Part shown: piece after piece, positions 24,738-37,591 of the stretch
Layout: each line of letters begins with the position of its first letter
How positions within the stretch are numbered: position 1 is the first letter of the stretch
Notes under the pieces: model-generated
Told to the model about the DNA's origin: nothing
Seen by the model: the letters and a program-made list of their open reading frames with translations, nothing else
The model's database searches: none
DNA from: Cetorhinus maximus
Lineage: Eukaryota
Direction: 5' to 3'
NCBI RefSeq assembly: GCF_964194155.1
Contig: NC_135901.1
Coordinates: 25,358,001-25,422,000, forward strand
DNA length: 64,000 bases
Position numbers and translations under genes: made by a program

Positions 24738-24939
24738 CTGCAGTGATTGGATTTTGCTGTTAATCACATTTTAGGACTGATCTATGTTCATTGTCTATTT
24801 CTGGTGATGTTAATAAACTCTAGCCCTGTTATAGGGATTAATATTCTGGATAAAAGTTAAATCAATCAGCTATGTTTGAAATACACAATATTTCAAGTAT
24901 TTTTAATATGTCTAACACCAGTTAGTTCCTTTTGAAGTG

Positions 24940-25930
24940 CTCTCCCTCTCCCCTGTCTCTTCCATCCTCATCTCCAACAAGTGCTCGTGGTGCAGTTCAT
25001 GGTCACTAAGATTGAGACAATCCAATCAGTCGCCTTTGCTGCTTCCCTCCCTTCCCCTAACTCACTGGGCTAAATCCTCTAAAGCTCCTCTTTGCCCGAG
25101 CCCTGAACTCACATCTTTCTCTAGTTTCTCTCCTACCTCCCCTCATGCCCTTTCAGATCTCATCCCATCCATGAGACACACCTCCTGTTCCCTCGACCCT
25201 ATTCCCACTAAACTACTGACCACACAACCTCTCCATGTTCACTGATGTTGTTAATAGTTCCCTCTCTCCTTCAAATTTGTTGTCATCGCCCCCCCCTCAA
25301 GAGACAAACCTTTGACCCCACGTCCTTGCAAACTACCATCCCATCTCCCTTTCCTCTCCAAAGTCCTTGAATGTTTTGTTACCTCCCAAACCCTTGTCCA
25401 TCTTTCCCAGAATTCCATGTTTGAATTCCTCCAATCAGGTTTCAGCCCTGGCTATGGTACACGAACAACTCTTATCAAAGTCACAAATGACATCCTCTGT
25501 CACTGGCCAGGGTAAACTTTCCCTCCTCGTCCTTCTCGCCCTGTCTACAGCCTCTGACACAGTTGATCACATCATCCTCCTCCATCACCTCTCCACTGTC
25601 ATCCAGCTGGGTGGGACTGCAATCACCTGGTTCCGTTCTAATCTAATCATAGCCAGAGAACCATTTGCAAAAGCTTCTCTCCACTTTCCCAGGCTGTTAC
25701 CTCTGGTATCTCCTAAGATCTATCCTTGGTCCCTCCTATTTCTCCTCCACACGCTGCCACCAGGTAACATAATCTGAAAACGCTGCGTTAATTTCCAAAT
25801 CTACACTGGCACCAGCTCTACCTCACCATCCCCTCTCTTGACTCCCCCACTGTTGGCCATTTATCAGACTGCTGATCTGACATCTAGTACTGGATTAGTA
25901 GAAATTTCCTTCAATTAAATATTGGGAAGA
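24940..25930 (+). mobile_element. L2 LINE RT fragment
   Basis: SCSLDPIPTKLL, LPFLSKVLE, QSGF...TLIKVTNDIL and LLVLLALSTASDTVDH. Confidence 0.85.
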
Positions 25931-26556
25931 TAACACAGTGGGTCCAGAGCCCTCTTCTGCCCAGCCTTATCTAACAAGCAGCAGCTACACTGGCGATATT
26001 TATATTTAACTTGTTCACAACATTCATGATCTGGTCCTACTCAAAGCATAACCACAAGGATATCTGTGTATTGTTCTGAGTTGAACACAAGGCTGTGTCA
26101 CTATCACACACACATACCGTTTCCTTGGTTCACACCTCCAGGCAAAAACTAGCTCTTTACACATCCTCTTCCATCCTCAATCAACATCACAAAAACAGAT
26201 TATCTGTTCATTATCATATTGCTGTTTGTGGGATCTTGCTGTGTGCAATTTGCGAGCCACGTTTCCTACATTACAACAGTGTCGACACTTCAGAAGTACT
26301 TTATTGCCTGTAAAACACTGAGGTTGTGAATGGTGGAACAGAAAAACAGTGAACATTATCCCCAGACCCGAATATAAAATGATGAACATTATTCCTGAGA
26401 CCCGAATAGAAAACAGTGAACATTATCCCCCAGACCCGAATATAAAACATTGAACATTATCCCCCAGACCCGAATATAAAGGATCGCAAGGATCAGAGCT
26501 GAGGCCTCAGCTATTTACAATCAATGTTAATGACTGAGATGAAGAGACAGAGAATA

Positions 26557-26770
26557 TTGCTGAAAAAAGAGACATGCTGTCAAAGCTTTATGCCTTGGAC
26601 ACATCAGGATATTTCACAAGAATACCAATAGTAAAAGGAACAACAATTTGTATGAGAAAATGGTGCTAATTGTTTGGCAGGTGGACTCTGATTGGAAGAG
26701 GCGTTCCCATGGAGAATGCACAAGGGAACAGTTAACTGCCAAGCTTTTGTTTAAATTCAAACCAGGCAGA
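26557..26770 (-). mobile_element. probable fragment of a second Penelope family with a decayed hammerhead
   Basis: Reverse ATCCTGATGTGTCCAAGGCATAAAGCTTTGACAGC resembles a CTGATGA...GAAA-AGCTT pLTR motif. Confidence 0.4.
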
Positions 26771-26907
26771 TCATTCCCCCAGAATATAAAACAGTGAACA
26801 TTATCCCCCAGACCCGAATATAAAACAGTGAACATTATCCCCCCAGACCTGAATATAAAACAGTGAACATTATCCCCCAGACCCGAATATAAAACAGTGA
26901 ACAGACG

Positions 26908-27476
26908 AACATATGAGCAAGCAGCAGGAGTAGGCCAATCAGCCCTTCAAGCCTGCTGCGCCATTTAATAAGGTCATGGTTGATCTGATAGTAACCTGAA
27001 ATCTGCGTCCCACCTACCACCAATAACCTATCACCCCCTTGTTTCTCAAGAATCTATCCACTTCTGGCTTAAAAATATTCAAAAACCCTGCTTCCACCAC
27101 CTTTTAAGGAAGAGAGCTCCAAAGACTCATGGCCCTTGGAGTGAAAAAATTTCACCTCATCTGTTTCAAATGGGGGACACCTTATTTTTAAATAGTGACA
27201 CCCTAGTTCTAGATTTTCCCACAAGAAGAAACATCATCTCCACATCCACCCTGTCAAGACCCCTCAGGATCTTATATGCTTCAATCAAGTCGCCGCTTAT
27301 TCTTCCAAATTCCAGCAGATACAAGCCTAGCCTGTCCAACCTTTCCTCATAAGATAACCTGCCCATTCCAGGTATTAATCTGGTAAACCTTCTCTGAACT
27401 GCTTCCAACGCATTTACATCTTTCCTCAAATATGGTACCTATACTGCACCCAGTACTCCAAATATGGTCTCACTAG
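26908..27476 (-). mobile_element. CR1 3' end inserted in the minisatellite
   Basis: RKDVNALEAVQRRFTRLIPGMGRLSYEERLDRLGL. Confidence 0.9.
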
Positions 27477-28094
27477 AATGTTATCCCCCAGACCTGAATA
27501 TAAAACAGTGAACATTATCCCCCAGACCCGAATATAAAACAGTGAACATTATCCCCCAGACCTGAATATAAAACAGTGAACATTATCCCCCAGACCCGAA
27601 TATAAAACAGTGAACATTATCCCCCAGACCCGAATATAAAACAGTGAACATTATCCCCCAGGCCCCAATATAAAACAGTGAACATTATTCCCGAGACCCG
27701 AATATAAAACAGTGAACATTATACCCCAGACCCGAATGTAAAACAGTGAACATTATTCCCGAGACCCGAACATAAAACAGTGAATATTATCCCTCAGACC
27801 CGAACATAAAACAGTGAACATTATCCCCCAGACCCGAATATAAAACAGTGAACATTATTCCCGAGACCCGAACATAAAACAGTGAATATTATCCCTCAGA
27901 CCCGAATATAAAATATTGAACATTATCCCCAGACCCGAATATAAAACGATGAACATTATTCCCGAGACCCGAACATAAAACAGTGAACATTATCCCCCAG
28001 ACCCGAATATAAAATATTGAACATTATCCCACAGACCCGAATATAAAACAGTGAACATTATCCCCCAGACCAGTATATAAAACAGTAAACATTC

Positions 28095-28870
28095 TCTGTC
28101 TGCCCAGTTATTCCTTGACGTCAGCCCTTGAATTGTGCATTGGTTCATCTTTTCCTACATTTCACTCATAAATGTTGAAATGTTTGCTCCACACCCACAG
28201 GGTTTCATCTGTTTAAAGCCACAAACAGAAAGGTCCAGTTTTCTACTGGAGCTTGAGACAAATACAAATGATGCAGAGTTTCAGCCAATGAGCGAGATCC
28301 GCGCTCAGTCCCGCCCCTTATTCACTCCGATTGGTTGGAAGACCAACCACTCTCTCCCTTTCTATTGGTCCGGTGCTTCCGTCAATCACGGGGGGCCCCG
28401 CACCCTTGGCATTGTGAGGTGAAGCATGCGCAGTGCGGATACGAAGCTGGTCTCAGGAGGTCGTGTGAAAATTTGCAGCGGGACAGAAACTGTCGGGTGA
28501 CCGAGAGGGATGGAGCCGGCTGGTGGTTTTGATAGGTGAGCTTCACAAAACCCGGTGTAAGCCCCAAACCCCCAATAAGAAGCTTCCGATCCCGTGTTTG
28601 TCCTTCTTCAGGAATAAGGCTTTGATTAACTGTCGCCATTTTTATACGGGCAATGCGGAACAGGGCGCATGCGTAGCCGCCATTGCTGTAGGGGGCAATC
28701 CTGTTAATCAGCCAATGAGCTTCCTGCTGATCCGCGCCCACTCTGCTGCAAGTCCAGCACAACACGCACTCTGATTGGTGGGAGGACCAGATGACCCCCA
28801 TCAGTCCTCCAGATCCGCCCCTTTGCAATCGAAACAGAAAGTGCGGGAGGAACAGCTGATTGAATTGTAG
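28095..28870 (+). promoter_or_regulatory. ZNF-6 promoter region
   Basis: CRE TGACGTCA 28116, CCAAT boxes, GC box, GCATGCGCA and GCGCATGCG, YY1-like CGCCATTTT, and a GGTGAG donor ~28535. Confidence 0.7.
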
Positions 28871-29190
28871 AAATAGAAAAATCATCACCCGCTGACTCTC
28901 CCACCAGCTCCCTGTCTGTATCTTCTTCTCTCTCCTCCCAGTTGGGTTTTTATGACAATCCAGCAGTTTTCATGGTCACTTTTTCCTAGTACCGGCCCCA
29001 CAAATTACCAGATTCATTCAGCTCAGTTTTACAACCTACCTTTGTGTTTTTGTGGGTTCTCTCTCACTCCCTTTTCTCTGTTTTAAATCAATTTCACAGA
29101 AGGGGAGGATTTGCAGGTGGGAAACTGAAACCAAACATCATATCAGAGTCACTCAATTCATCAGGACCTGAAGATCATCGGCCTTCGAAC

Positions 29191-30057
29191 ATGGAAGCAA
29201 AAAGTACCGTTCACACTGGGGCAAAACAGTGTAAATGTGAGGACTGTGGGAAGAGATTCAATTACCCATCTGAGCTGGAAATTCATCGGCGCAGTCACAC
29301 TGGGGAGAGACCTTTCACCTGCTCTATGTGTGGGAAGGGATTCACTAGTTTCTCTTCCCTGCAGAAACACCAGCCGGTTCACACTGACGAGAGACCTTTT
29401 AAATGTGCTGACTGTGGAAAGAGCTTTAAAAGCCTAAATGTACTAAGGATGCACCAGCGCACTCACACTGGGGGCAGGCCATTCAGCTGCTCACAGTGTG
29501 GGAAGACGTTCAGGGTATCATCTGAGCTGTTGATGCACCAGCGAGTTCATACTGACGAGAGACCTTTCAAATGTGCAGACTGTGAGAAGTGCTATAAAAG
29601 GTCAGAGGAACTGCGGCGCCATCAACGTGTTCACACTGATGAGAGACCGTTCAGATGTTCTCAATGTGGGACTGGGTTCAGGCGATCAGCTGATCTTATT
29701 CGACACCAGCGCATTCACACTGGGGAGAAGCCTTTCACCTGCTCTGAATGTGGGAAGGGATTCACTCAGTTATCCCATCGGCTAAGGCACCAGCGAGTTC
29801 ACACTGAAGAGAGACCTTTTAAATGTCCGGACTGTGGGAAGTGCTTTAAAAGTCCTGAGGAACTGCGGTGCCATCAACGTGTTCACACTGACAAGAGACC
29901 GTTCAGATGCTCTCACTGTGGGACTGGGTTCAAGCAATCAGGTGACCTCACTGTACACCAGCGCACTCACACTGGGGAGAGGCCGTTCATCTGCTCTGAG
30001 TGTGAGAAGGGATTCACTTGTTTATCCAACCTTATGAGACATCGGAAAGTTCATTAA
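29191..30057 (+). CDS. C2H2 zinc-finger protein (ZNF-6), 10 fingers
   Basis: AACATGG start MEAKSTVH... and 10 intact fingers; acceptor ttcacAG at 29099. Confidence 0.9.
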   Translation: MEAKSTVHTGAKQCKCEDCGKRFNYPSELEIHRRSHTGERPFTCSMCGKGFTSFSSLQKHQPVHTDERPFKCADCGKSFKSLNVLRMHQRTHTGGRPFSCSQCGKTFRVSSELLMHQRVHTDERPFKCADCEKCYKRSEELRRHQRVHTDERPFRCSQCGTGFRRSADLIRHQRIHTGEKPFTCSECGKGFTQLSHRLRHQRVHTEERPFKCPDCGKCFKSPEELRCHQRVHTDKRPFRCSHCGTGFKQSGDLTVHQRTHTGERPFICSECEKGFTCLSNLMRHRKVH

Positions 30058-30147
30058 TGACAGCAGGGGTTAGATTCTGCTGTTATTGCTGCTGTTAATC
30101 AAGTCCATGACTGTACTGTGTTTATTCTGATAGCTGGGATTTATTCC

Positions 30148-30757
30148 TGAGGTCATTTACCCTTCCCATTAGACTTAGCCTGTACCCTATACCATCTCTC
30201 ATCCATGCATGAATAGATTATGTCTGCAAGCCTCTTTTAAAATTTAAATCCATTCATAAACTGTATTGAACTAAAGACGAACAACAAACAGATCACCGTC
30301 CAATCCTGCAGCTCTATGCTGACATGAGAAAGTCTTTTCTGTAACTCGGGAATGAGATTCGGTAAGCTGTGAATCACAAGTAGGCTTGTGTCATTTGAGA
30401 GACGGGCTGTTCAAAGCTGTTAACTTGTTAGATATTTAAGGAATTACTCTGAAAAAAAACTCACCAATTTATAACCTCAGAACCTGCTCCCTGCTGTAAT
30501 TAATACTCAGCATCCATTCATGCTGATTTTCAATGAATCACTGAATATCCTGTTGAATCTTTGTTCCTTGTTTTGTGAAATAGCTCTCCCCATTAGTGCT
30601 GAACTGCCGGATAACTCTGATTACATTTAGACATGTCTAGAAAGGGTCTGTGTGCCCACATTTCACTGTAATTTGTAAACAATAAACGATGTTTATGGCC
30701 TGACTTGTAGTCTGGTATCCGGGTGATTTGTTAAGAAAGATTTAATTCATTCACTCA
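30148..30757 (+). mobile_element. possible solo LTR in the ZNF-6 3'UTR
   Basis: TG...CA ends and AATAAA ~30681; it interrupts the conserved 3'UTR; no TSD seen. Confidence 0.4.
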
Positions 30758-30789
30758 GCAGCTTGAGGGGAACCAGACTGAGGTTTAAT

Positions 30790-32257
30790 GAACATAAGAA
30801 ATAGGAGCAGGAATAGGCCATTTGGCCCTTTAAGCCTGCTCTGCTTTCAATACGATCATGACTGATCTTCTACCTCAGCTCCACTCCCCCAATATCCCTT
30901 AATTCTCTTCATATCCAAAACTCTATCGACTCTGCCTTAATTTTAACTGAGAACCACCACACCCTGGGGTGGAAAATTGCAAAGATTCACAACCCTCTGA
31001 GTGAGGAGATTCCTCCTCTTCTCAATTTTAAATGGTCAACCCCTTATTCTGAGACTGTTCCCCCCCTCCGCCTTCTAGATTCCCCGGTCAGGGGAAACAT
31101 TTTCTCAACATCTACCCTGGCAGGCCCCTTAAGAATTTTAAATTTCAATTAGATCACCGCTCATTCTTCTAAACTCCATTAAATATAGGCCTAGTCTGCT
31201 CGATCTCTCCTCATGGGACAATCTCCTCATCCCACAAACCAGTTTGGTGAACATTTGTTTCACTCCCTCTAAGACAAGTAGGTAAGGAGACTAAACCCGC
31301 ACACAGTGCTCCAGATGAGGCCTCACCAATGCTCTGTCTATTTGTAGTAAGACTTATTTACTCTTATGCTCCAATCCCTTTGCAATAAAATCTAACAGAC
31401 CATTTGCCATTTGCTTGCTGTACCTGTGTGTTAACTTTCTGTGATTCATGTACAAGGACAGCCAGGTCCCTCTGAATGCAAATATTTCCCAGTCTCTCAC
31501 CATTCAATAAAATATCCTGCTTTTATAATTTCTCTATCAAAATTGATAACTTCACGCTTCACCATGTTGTATTCCATCTTTCATGTCCTTACCCACTCTC
31601 CCAATCTCTCTATCCCTCTGCAGACTCTTTGCATCCTTGTCACCGTTTACTCTTCCAATTAGCTTTTATCGACAGCAATCTGGATACATTTCACTCAGTG
31701 TCCTCATCTAAATCATTGATATCGATTGTGAATAGCTGAGGCTTAACTACTGATCCTTGTGGTACCCACAAGTTACAGCTTGTCAACCTGAAAATGTCCC
31801 GTTTATTCCTATTCTCTGTTTTCTGCCCATTAATTAACTCTCAATCCATGCTAGACTATTACCCCAATCATCTGAGACTTGATTTTGTGTAATGATCTCT
31901 TGTGTGGCACCTTATCAAATGCTTTTTGAAAATCCAAATACACGACATGCACTGATTTCCTCGATATCCACCTCGTCCATTACACCCACAAAAAGCTCTA
32001 AACAAACATGATTTCCCTTTCATAAATCTGTACTGACTGTTTAATCAGTTAATGATTTTCTAAGTGTCCTGTTACCACATCTAATAATAGACTCTAGCAT
32101 TTTGCCAATTACTGATGTTAGACTAATTGGTCTGTAGTTCCCCATTTTCTCTCTTCCTCCTTTTTGAATAGCGAGGTTATGTTTGCTACCTTCCATTCCT
32201 TGGGAACTGTTCTAAAATCCAAGGAATTCTGGAAGATCAAATCCAATGTATCCACCA
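30790..32257 (-). mobile_element. degenerate CR1 RT plus 3' end
   Basis: Reverse DFQKAFDKVPH, GVPQGS remnant and CR1 3'UTR (GAACATAAGAAATAGGAGCAGG). Confidence 0.85.
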
Positions 32258-32750
32258 TGTTATGATCCCTGTGGAGATCAACAAACCAAAAGAACCAAAT
32301 TTACCAAACGACCCCAACAAGAAAACCATTGGACAAGATTTTACTTTTGATACCTTTTACTTTAACAATCAAACCAAAATCAACACAAATTAAACATGAA
32401 TTAACAGGCACATTGCAGTCGCTATTAACTAAAAATTACATATTAAATAGCAAATGCAACAAAGGGAGATCTGCATTTTTCAGAAGTCCACCCAGCAATT
32501 TCAGCCACAAACTCCATCAAAACTCTGAAAGTCCTCAGGTAGAATTCCAGTTCCTTTTCTTTCAGGATTTCGGCACCAATTCCACATTTCACTCCTAGGA
32601 GCAGTTTGTTTCTTGAAGGTGAGATTATTATTAAAATGACTACACGTACTGTGTCCACCCAGGGATCTCTCTGGACTATCCAGCACCTCACAGTCGGGAT
32701 CATGTGTCTGGGAAGAGGAGGCTGTTGTCCAGTATTTCCAAACCAATTCT
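32258..32750 (-). mobile_element. probable LTR fragment interrupting a CR1
   Basis: Abrupt TGTTATGA junction; CR1-like sequence resumes at ~32790. Confidence 0.35.
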
Positions 32751-33059
32751 CTATTTAAGTGATAGATTATCTCTAATTCCAGGCACTTTCATTTTGTTAA
32801 AGTCTCTTGTATGGAACTTTATCAAATGCCTTCTGGAAGTCAATATCAGTAACATCCATTGACATTCCCTTACCTACTACATTAGTGACCTCCTCAAAAA
32901 TACAGTACAGTTAGTTAGACATGAATTAGCCTTTTACAAATCCATGCTGTCTCTCTCTGATCAGTTCATATTTCTCAAAGTGATAAAGGGGTGAATGATT
33001 CAGACTTCACAAACCCCCTAATCTCTCCTATTTATTGCAGACAGAAGATGCAAAGTTAA

Positions 33060-33530
33060 CCTCTCTTTCTGTTTGTTTCTTTCTCTCTGTCCTTCTATCT
33101 TTCTCCCTGGGTCTCTTTGTGTCTCTGTCTCCTCTCTCCCGGTCCTTCTGCCTTTTGCTTTGAAACAATTTCTGTCTCTTTTTGTGTCTCACATTCTCTC
33201 TGACTGTATTAATCTCTTTATTTATCTTTCTCCCTTGCATTTTGTCACACTGTCATTCAATCTTTCTGTTTCACTGTCTCTCACTCTCTTTCTGTGACTG
33301 TCTTTCGCACTCCATTTGTATCTACCCATCTGTCTCTCACCCCCTGTCTGTCTCTGACCCTCTGTCTGTATGTCTCTGATCCTCTTTCTGTGTCTCAGCC
33401 TATGTCTGTCTCTCCTTCCCTGTCTGTCTATCACCATCCATCTGACTCTCACTCTTTGTCTGTCTCTCACCCTTTGTCTGCCTCTCACCCTCTGTCTGTC
33501 TCTCACTCTCTGTCTCATTTCCTATCTCAC
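33060..33530. repeat. CT/TCTG-rich low-complexity and microsatellite tract
   Basis: Degenerate TCTGTCTCTCAC repeats. Confidence 0.9.
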
Positions 33531-33714
33531 TGACATTGATTCTCCATTTCAGACACAGAGTCTCTGCCACTCCAAGGTGAACACAACACCCGAGATGAGC
33601 CCAGAGCTGTGACCTCACATTGAACACAACTGGACCAATGTTCCCAGTCACTTCCAGTCAAAGTCGATGAAGCTGACAATGAATAAGAACAATATTAACC
33701 AGAGTGAAAGGAAA

Positions 33715-34212
33715 TCAGACTCATCCTGGTGTGAGCAGAGGAGATTTACCAAGATGTTGCCTGGGCTGGAGTTTTAGTAGAGAGGAGAGATTGGATAGAT
33801 TGGGGTTATTTTCCCTGGAGCAGAGGAGATTGAGGGGGGACATGATTGAGGTGTATAAAATTATGAGGGGGATAGATAGGGTAGACATGAAGGAACTTTT
33901 CCCCTTGGTGGAGGGATCAATAACCAGGGGGCACAGATTTATGGTAAGGGGCAGGAGGTTTAGCAGGGATGTGAGGAAGAATTTTTTCACCCAGAGGGTA
34001 GTGGGAATCTGGAACTCACTGCTTGAAAGGGTGGTAGAGGCAGAAACCCTCATAACATTTAAGAAGTATTTGGATGTGCACTTGCGATTCCATGGCATAC
34101 AAGGCTATGGGCCTAATGCTGAAAAATGGGATTAGAATAGTTAGGTACTTGTTTGACCAGCGCAGGCTTGATGGGCCTTTTTCTGTGCTGTAGACCTCTA
34201 TGACTCTATGAG
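33715..34212 (+). mobile_element. CR1 3' end
   Basis: EERLDRLGLFSLEQRRLRGDMIEVYKIMRG...GYGPNAEKWD with a (CTATGACT)n tail. Confidence 0.9.
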
Positions 34213-34445
34213 TTAGGTACTGACTTAGAGCCCCGCTGATCTTCCCTTTCTGTGATATCACTACCTCCTTACTACGAGTGTAGGGAAGCAGCTGACTTGT
34301 GCGCAGCAGCAATGTTGATTTCTCCAGAAATGTAAAATTTGCCACAATATAAATCCCAATTTAATTTCAAACCTGGGAATGAAATGATTTGAATTAATTG
34401 CCTCCAGGTTTAACTGTGTGTTTGGATTCTTGGCACCTAGGAAGA

Positions 34446-34990
34446 GGCGATGGTGTAGAGCTATTGTCGCTGGACAACTCTGGATCTGTGATGGCAGATG
34501 GTGGAATTTGAATTCAATAAAACTCTGGAATTAAAAGTCTCATGTTGACCCTGAAACCATTGTCAATTGTTGTAAAAAACCCATCTGGTTCACTAACATC
34601 CTATAGGGAAGGAAATCTGCTGTCCTTACCTGGTCTGGCCTACATGTGACTCCAAACTCACAGAAATGTGGTTGACTCTTAAATGCCACTCAGTCATATC
34701 AAACTGTGACAAAGTGACAAAAAAGTAATGAAAGCGGACGGATCACCCGACATCGGCCTAGGCACCGGAAGCGACAATGGAAATCTCAGCCGTGTCGGTC
34801 GCCATTCCTTTACTGTCGCTGGGTCAAAATCCTGGAACTCCCTCCCTAACAGCACTGTGGGTGTACCTACACAGACTGCAGCGGTTCAAGAAGGCAGCTC
34901 ACCACCACCTTCTCAAGGGCAACTCGGGATGGGCAATAAATGCTGGCCCAGCCAGCGAAGCCCATATCCCTTGAATGAATTTTAAAAAAC
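34446..34990 (+). mobile_element. tRNA-SINE followed by a LINE 3' tail
   Basis: SINE body CCATCTGGTTCACTAA...CCTTACCTGGTCTGGCCTACATGTGACTCC, then the recurrent LINE tail. Confidence 0.7.
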
Positions 34991-35552
34991 TGCAGAAAAT
35001 CTCATCGACCTCCAGATTCCTGTTCAATACTTTTGCTGAGTGAATTTAAATTTAAACCAGGTTTGCAGACGTGATGCTCTTTTCACACATCGAAGGTGAG
35101 AGCAATGCTGTGGGACACACACTGAGTCCAGTAGCTGAAAGTGATTAGCAGACTGAGTTTTGTGTTCAGTGATCTCAGGAGTGTTACCGACACCTTCCCT
35201 GGATCCCAAAGCTAGGGGAGCCACTCCAGAAGGTATGGGGAGCTGGGACTTGTCCATGAGAGTAACCGAAGGTGTGAGAACTGAAATAATCTAGAATTAG
35301 AAAGGAGAAAAGATGGAACAGTCAATAAGAGGACATCAAGTAATCTCCTCTTATCCTGGAGAAATTAAAGACTCAACAAAGGGTGTGTCTGAAACAACAT
35401 GAATTCATTTGACAGATATCAAAATATTGAACTCCAGCCAGTTATAGGGGTTATTAACATCAGCAGAAACAAACACCAACTATCAGAATGATCGTGGTTC
35501 AGTCCTGGACGTGATGAACAGCGGCAATAACAGCAGGATCCAACCCCTGCAG

Positions 35553-36227
35553 TCACTGGTGAAGTCGTTGGTGTCTCAGCTGGTGGGATGACGAAGTGAA
35601 TCCCTTCCCACACATAGAGCAGGTGAATGGCCTCTCCCCAGTGTGAGTGCATTGGTGTTTCAACAGGTCACTTTTGCTTTTATAGCTCTTCTCACAGTCA
35701 GAACATTTAAAAGGTCTCTGATCACTGTGAACAAGTTGATGTTCAGTGAGGTTGCATAAGTGAAGGAATCCCTTCCCACACTTGGAGCAGGTGAATGGCC
35801 TCTCCCCAGTGTGAACTCGCTGGTGTCTCTGTAGGTTGGATACGTTATTAAATCTCTCCCCACACACAGAGCAGGGGAATGGCCTCTCCCCAGTGTGAAC
35901 TTGCTGGTGTGTCAGCAGGTTGGCTGACTGAGTGAATCCCTTCCCACACTCAGTGCAGGTGAACGGCCTCTTCCCAGTGTGAACTCGCTGGTGTCTCAGC
36001 AGATCCATTTTGCTTTTGAAGTTCTTCTCACAGTCAGAACAATTAAAAGGTCTCTGATCAGTGTGAACAAGTTGATGTTTTGTAAGATGTGCTGACTGAG
36101 CAAATCCTTTCCCACACACAGAGCAGGTGAACGGCCTCTCCCCAGTGTGACTGCGTCGATGAGATTCCAGCTGGGATGGAGTATTGAATCCCTTCCCACA
36201 TTCCCCGCATTTCCATGGTTTCTCCAT
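35553..36227 (-). CDS. C2H2 zinc-finger protein (ZNF-7), 8 fingers
   Basis: ACCATGG start [10 protein letters not shown]... and 8 intact fingers; upstream acceptor at 36804-36805. Confidence 0.9.
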   Translation of the reverse strand: MEKPWKCGECGKGFNTPSQLESHRRSHTGERPFTCSVCGKGFAQSAHLTKHQLVHTDQRPFNCSDCEKNFKSKMDLLRHQRVHTGKRPFTCTECGKGFTQSANLLTHQQVHTGERPFPCSVCGERFNNVSNLQRHQRVHTGERPFTCSKCGKGFLHLCNLTEHQLVHSDQRPFKCSDCEKSYKSKSDLLKHQCTHTGERPFTCSMCGKGFTSSSHQLRHQRLHQ

Positions 36228-37204
36228 GGTACTGCCGTCTTTGTGTCTCTCCAGGTTGGACAATCACTTGAAGCCTTGTCCACACACAGAACTCATGTAC
36301 TGTGTTCTCCCCACTGTGAACGGTGTGATGTTTTTTCAGGTTGTGTAACTAGCAAAAGCTCTTTCCACAGTCAGCGCACTGAACACTCTCACTCGGGTGT
36401 GTGTCTGTCTCGGTGCTTTTCCAGTCACACTATAAAAGGAATTTAAATAGAATTACACAGAATATTCATTACAGAAACAGGTCATTCTGTTCAACTGGTC
36501 CATGCCAGTGTTTATGCTATACGTGAGCCTCTCATTTCTCTCTATCAGCATATCATTCTATTCCTTTCTCACTTGTGTCTGCAGCTTCTTCTTAACTTGT
36601 GTTTCCACAGGCCAGACGATTGCCTGAAGCCTCGTCCACACACAAAACACATGTACAGTTTCTCCCCACTGTGAACAGTGCTTTTTTCTTCCATGTTCAA
36701 AATCCGATGATACTCAAGTTCCAATCAATTGGACGACTCTGTCAGATTCTGATGTGATTTTTGGTTTGAGTTTCCTGACTGCAAATCCTCCTCTTCTAAT
36801 ACCCTGTGTAATTGATTTAAAACAGAAAAAAGGGCGTGAGAGAGAATCCACAAAAACAAAAAGGCAGGTTGTGAAACTGAGCTGAATGAATCTGGTTATA
36901 AGTGGAATTCACATGAGGAAAAAGTGACCGTGAAAACTGCTGGATTATCATCAAAACCCAACTGGTTCACTAATGTCCTTCAGGGAAGGGAACTGGAAAC
37001 CCAGACTGGGCCAACACAAGACTCTGGCCTCCATTTGAGGAGAGAGAGAGGTGGGAGATGCAAGGGGTGAAGAAGTGTTCTGCACATCTACAACTCATCC
37101 AGGAATTTCACAGGATCCCCGGAGCCTCAACCACCACCACCTAGAAGGAGAAGGGTAACAGTTGCCAGTGAACACCATCACCTCCAACTCACACACCGTC
37201 CTGA

Positions 37205-37590
37205 CTTGTCTGACATCCAGTGCAGAATGAGCAGAAATGTCCTCCATTTAAATACTGGGAAGAGCGAAGCCATTGTCTTCAGCCCCCACTACAAACTCCA
37301 CTCCCTAACCACCGACTCCATCCCTCTTGCAGCTCTCTGAGGCTGAACCAGACTGTTCACAATCTTGTTGTCATATTTCAGCCCAAGCTGAGCTTCTGAC
37401 TACATATCACTAAGATCGCCCATTTCCACCTCAGTAACATTGCACAGCTGTGCCCCTGCCTGAGTTCATCAGCTGCTGAAACTCATCCATTCCTTTGTTC
37501 CCTTTAAACTGGACTATTTGAATGTGCGTCTTGGCGGCCTCCCCGATTCAACTCCATAGAAACTGGAGGTCACCCAAAACTCAGCTGCGC
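37205..37590 (+). mobile_element. L2 fragment
   Basis: CLSDIQ..MSRN..LN.GK.EAIVF-type L2 C-terminal region. Confidence 0.7.
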
Positions 37591-37591
37591 A

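Larger units (their letters stand above)
26343..28092. repeat. 34-bp minisatellite in three blocks (26343-26480, 26775-26903, 27478-28092)
   Basis: Unit GAACATTATCCCCCAGACCCGAATATAAAACAGT; ~18 tandem copies in the last block. Confidence 0.95.

Noticed and set aside
26343-28092. CRISPR-like array of 34-bp repeats
   Set aside because: Units are head-to-tail with no unique spacers, there are no cas genes, and the context is eukaryotic
33028-33651. R/D/Q-rich and L/S/C-rich ORFs
   Set aside because: They are translations of the CT microsatellite
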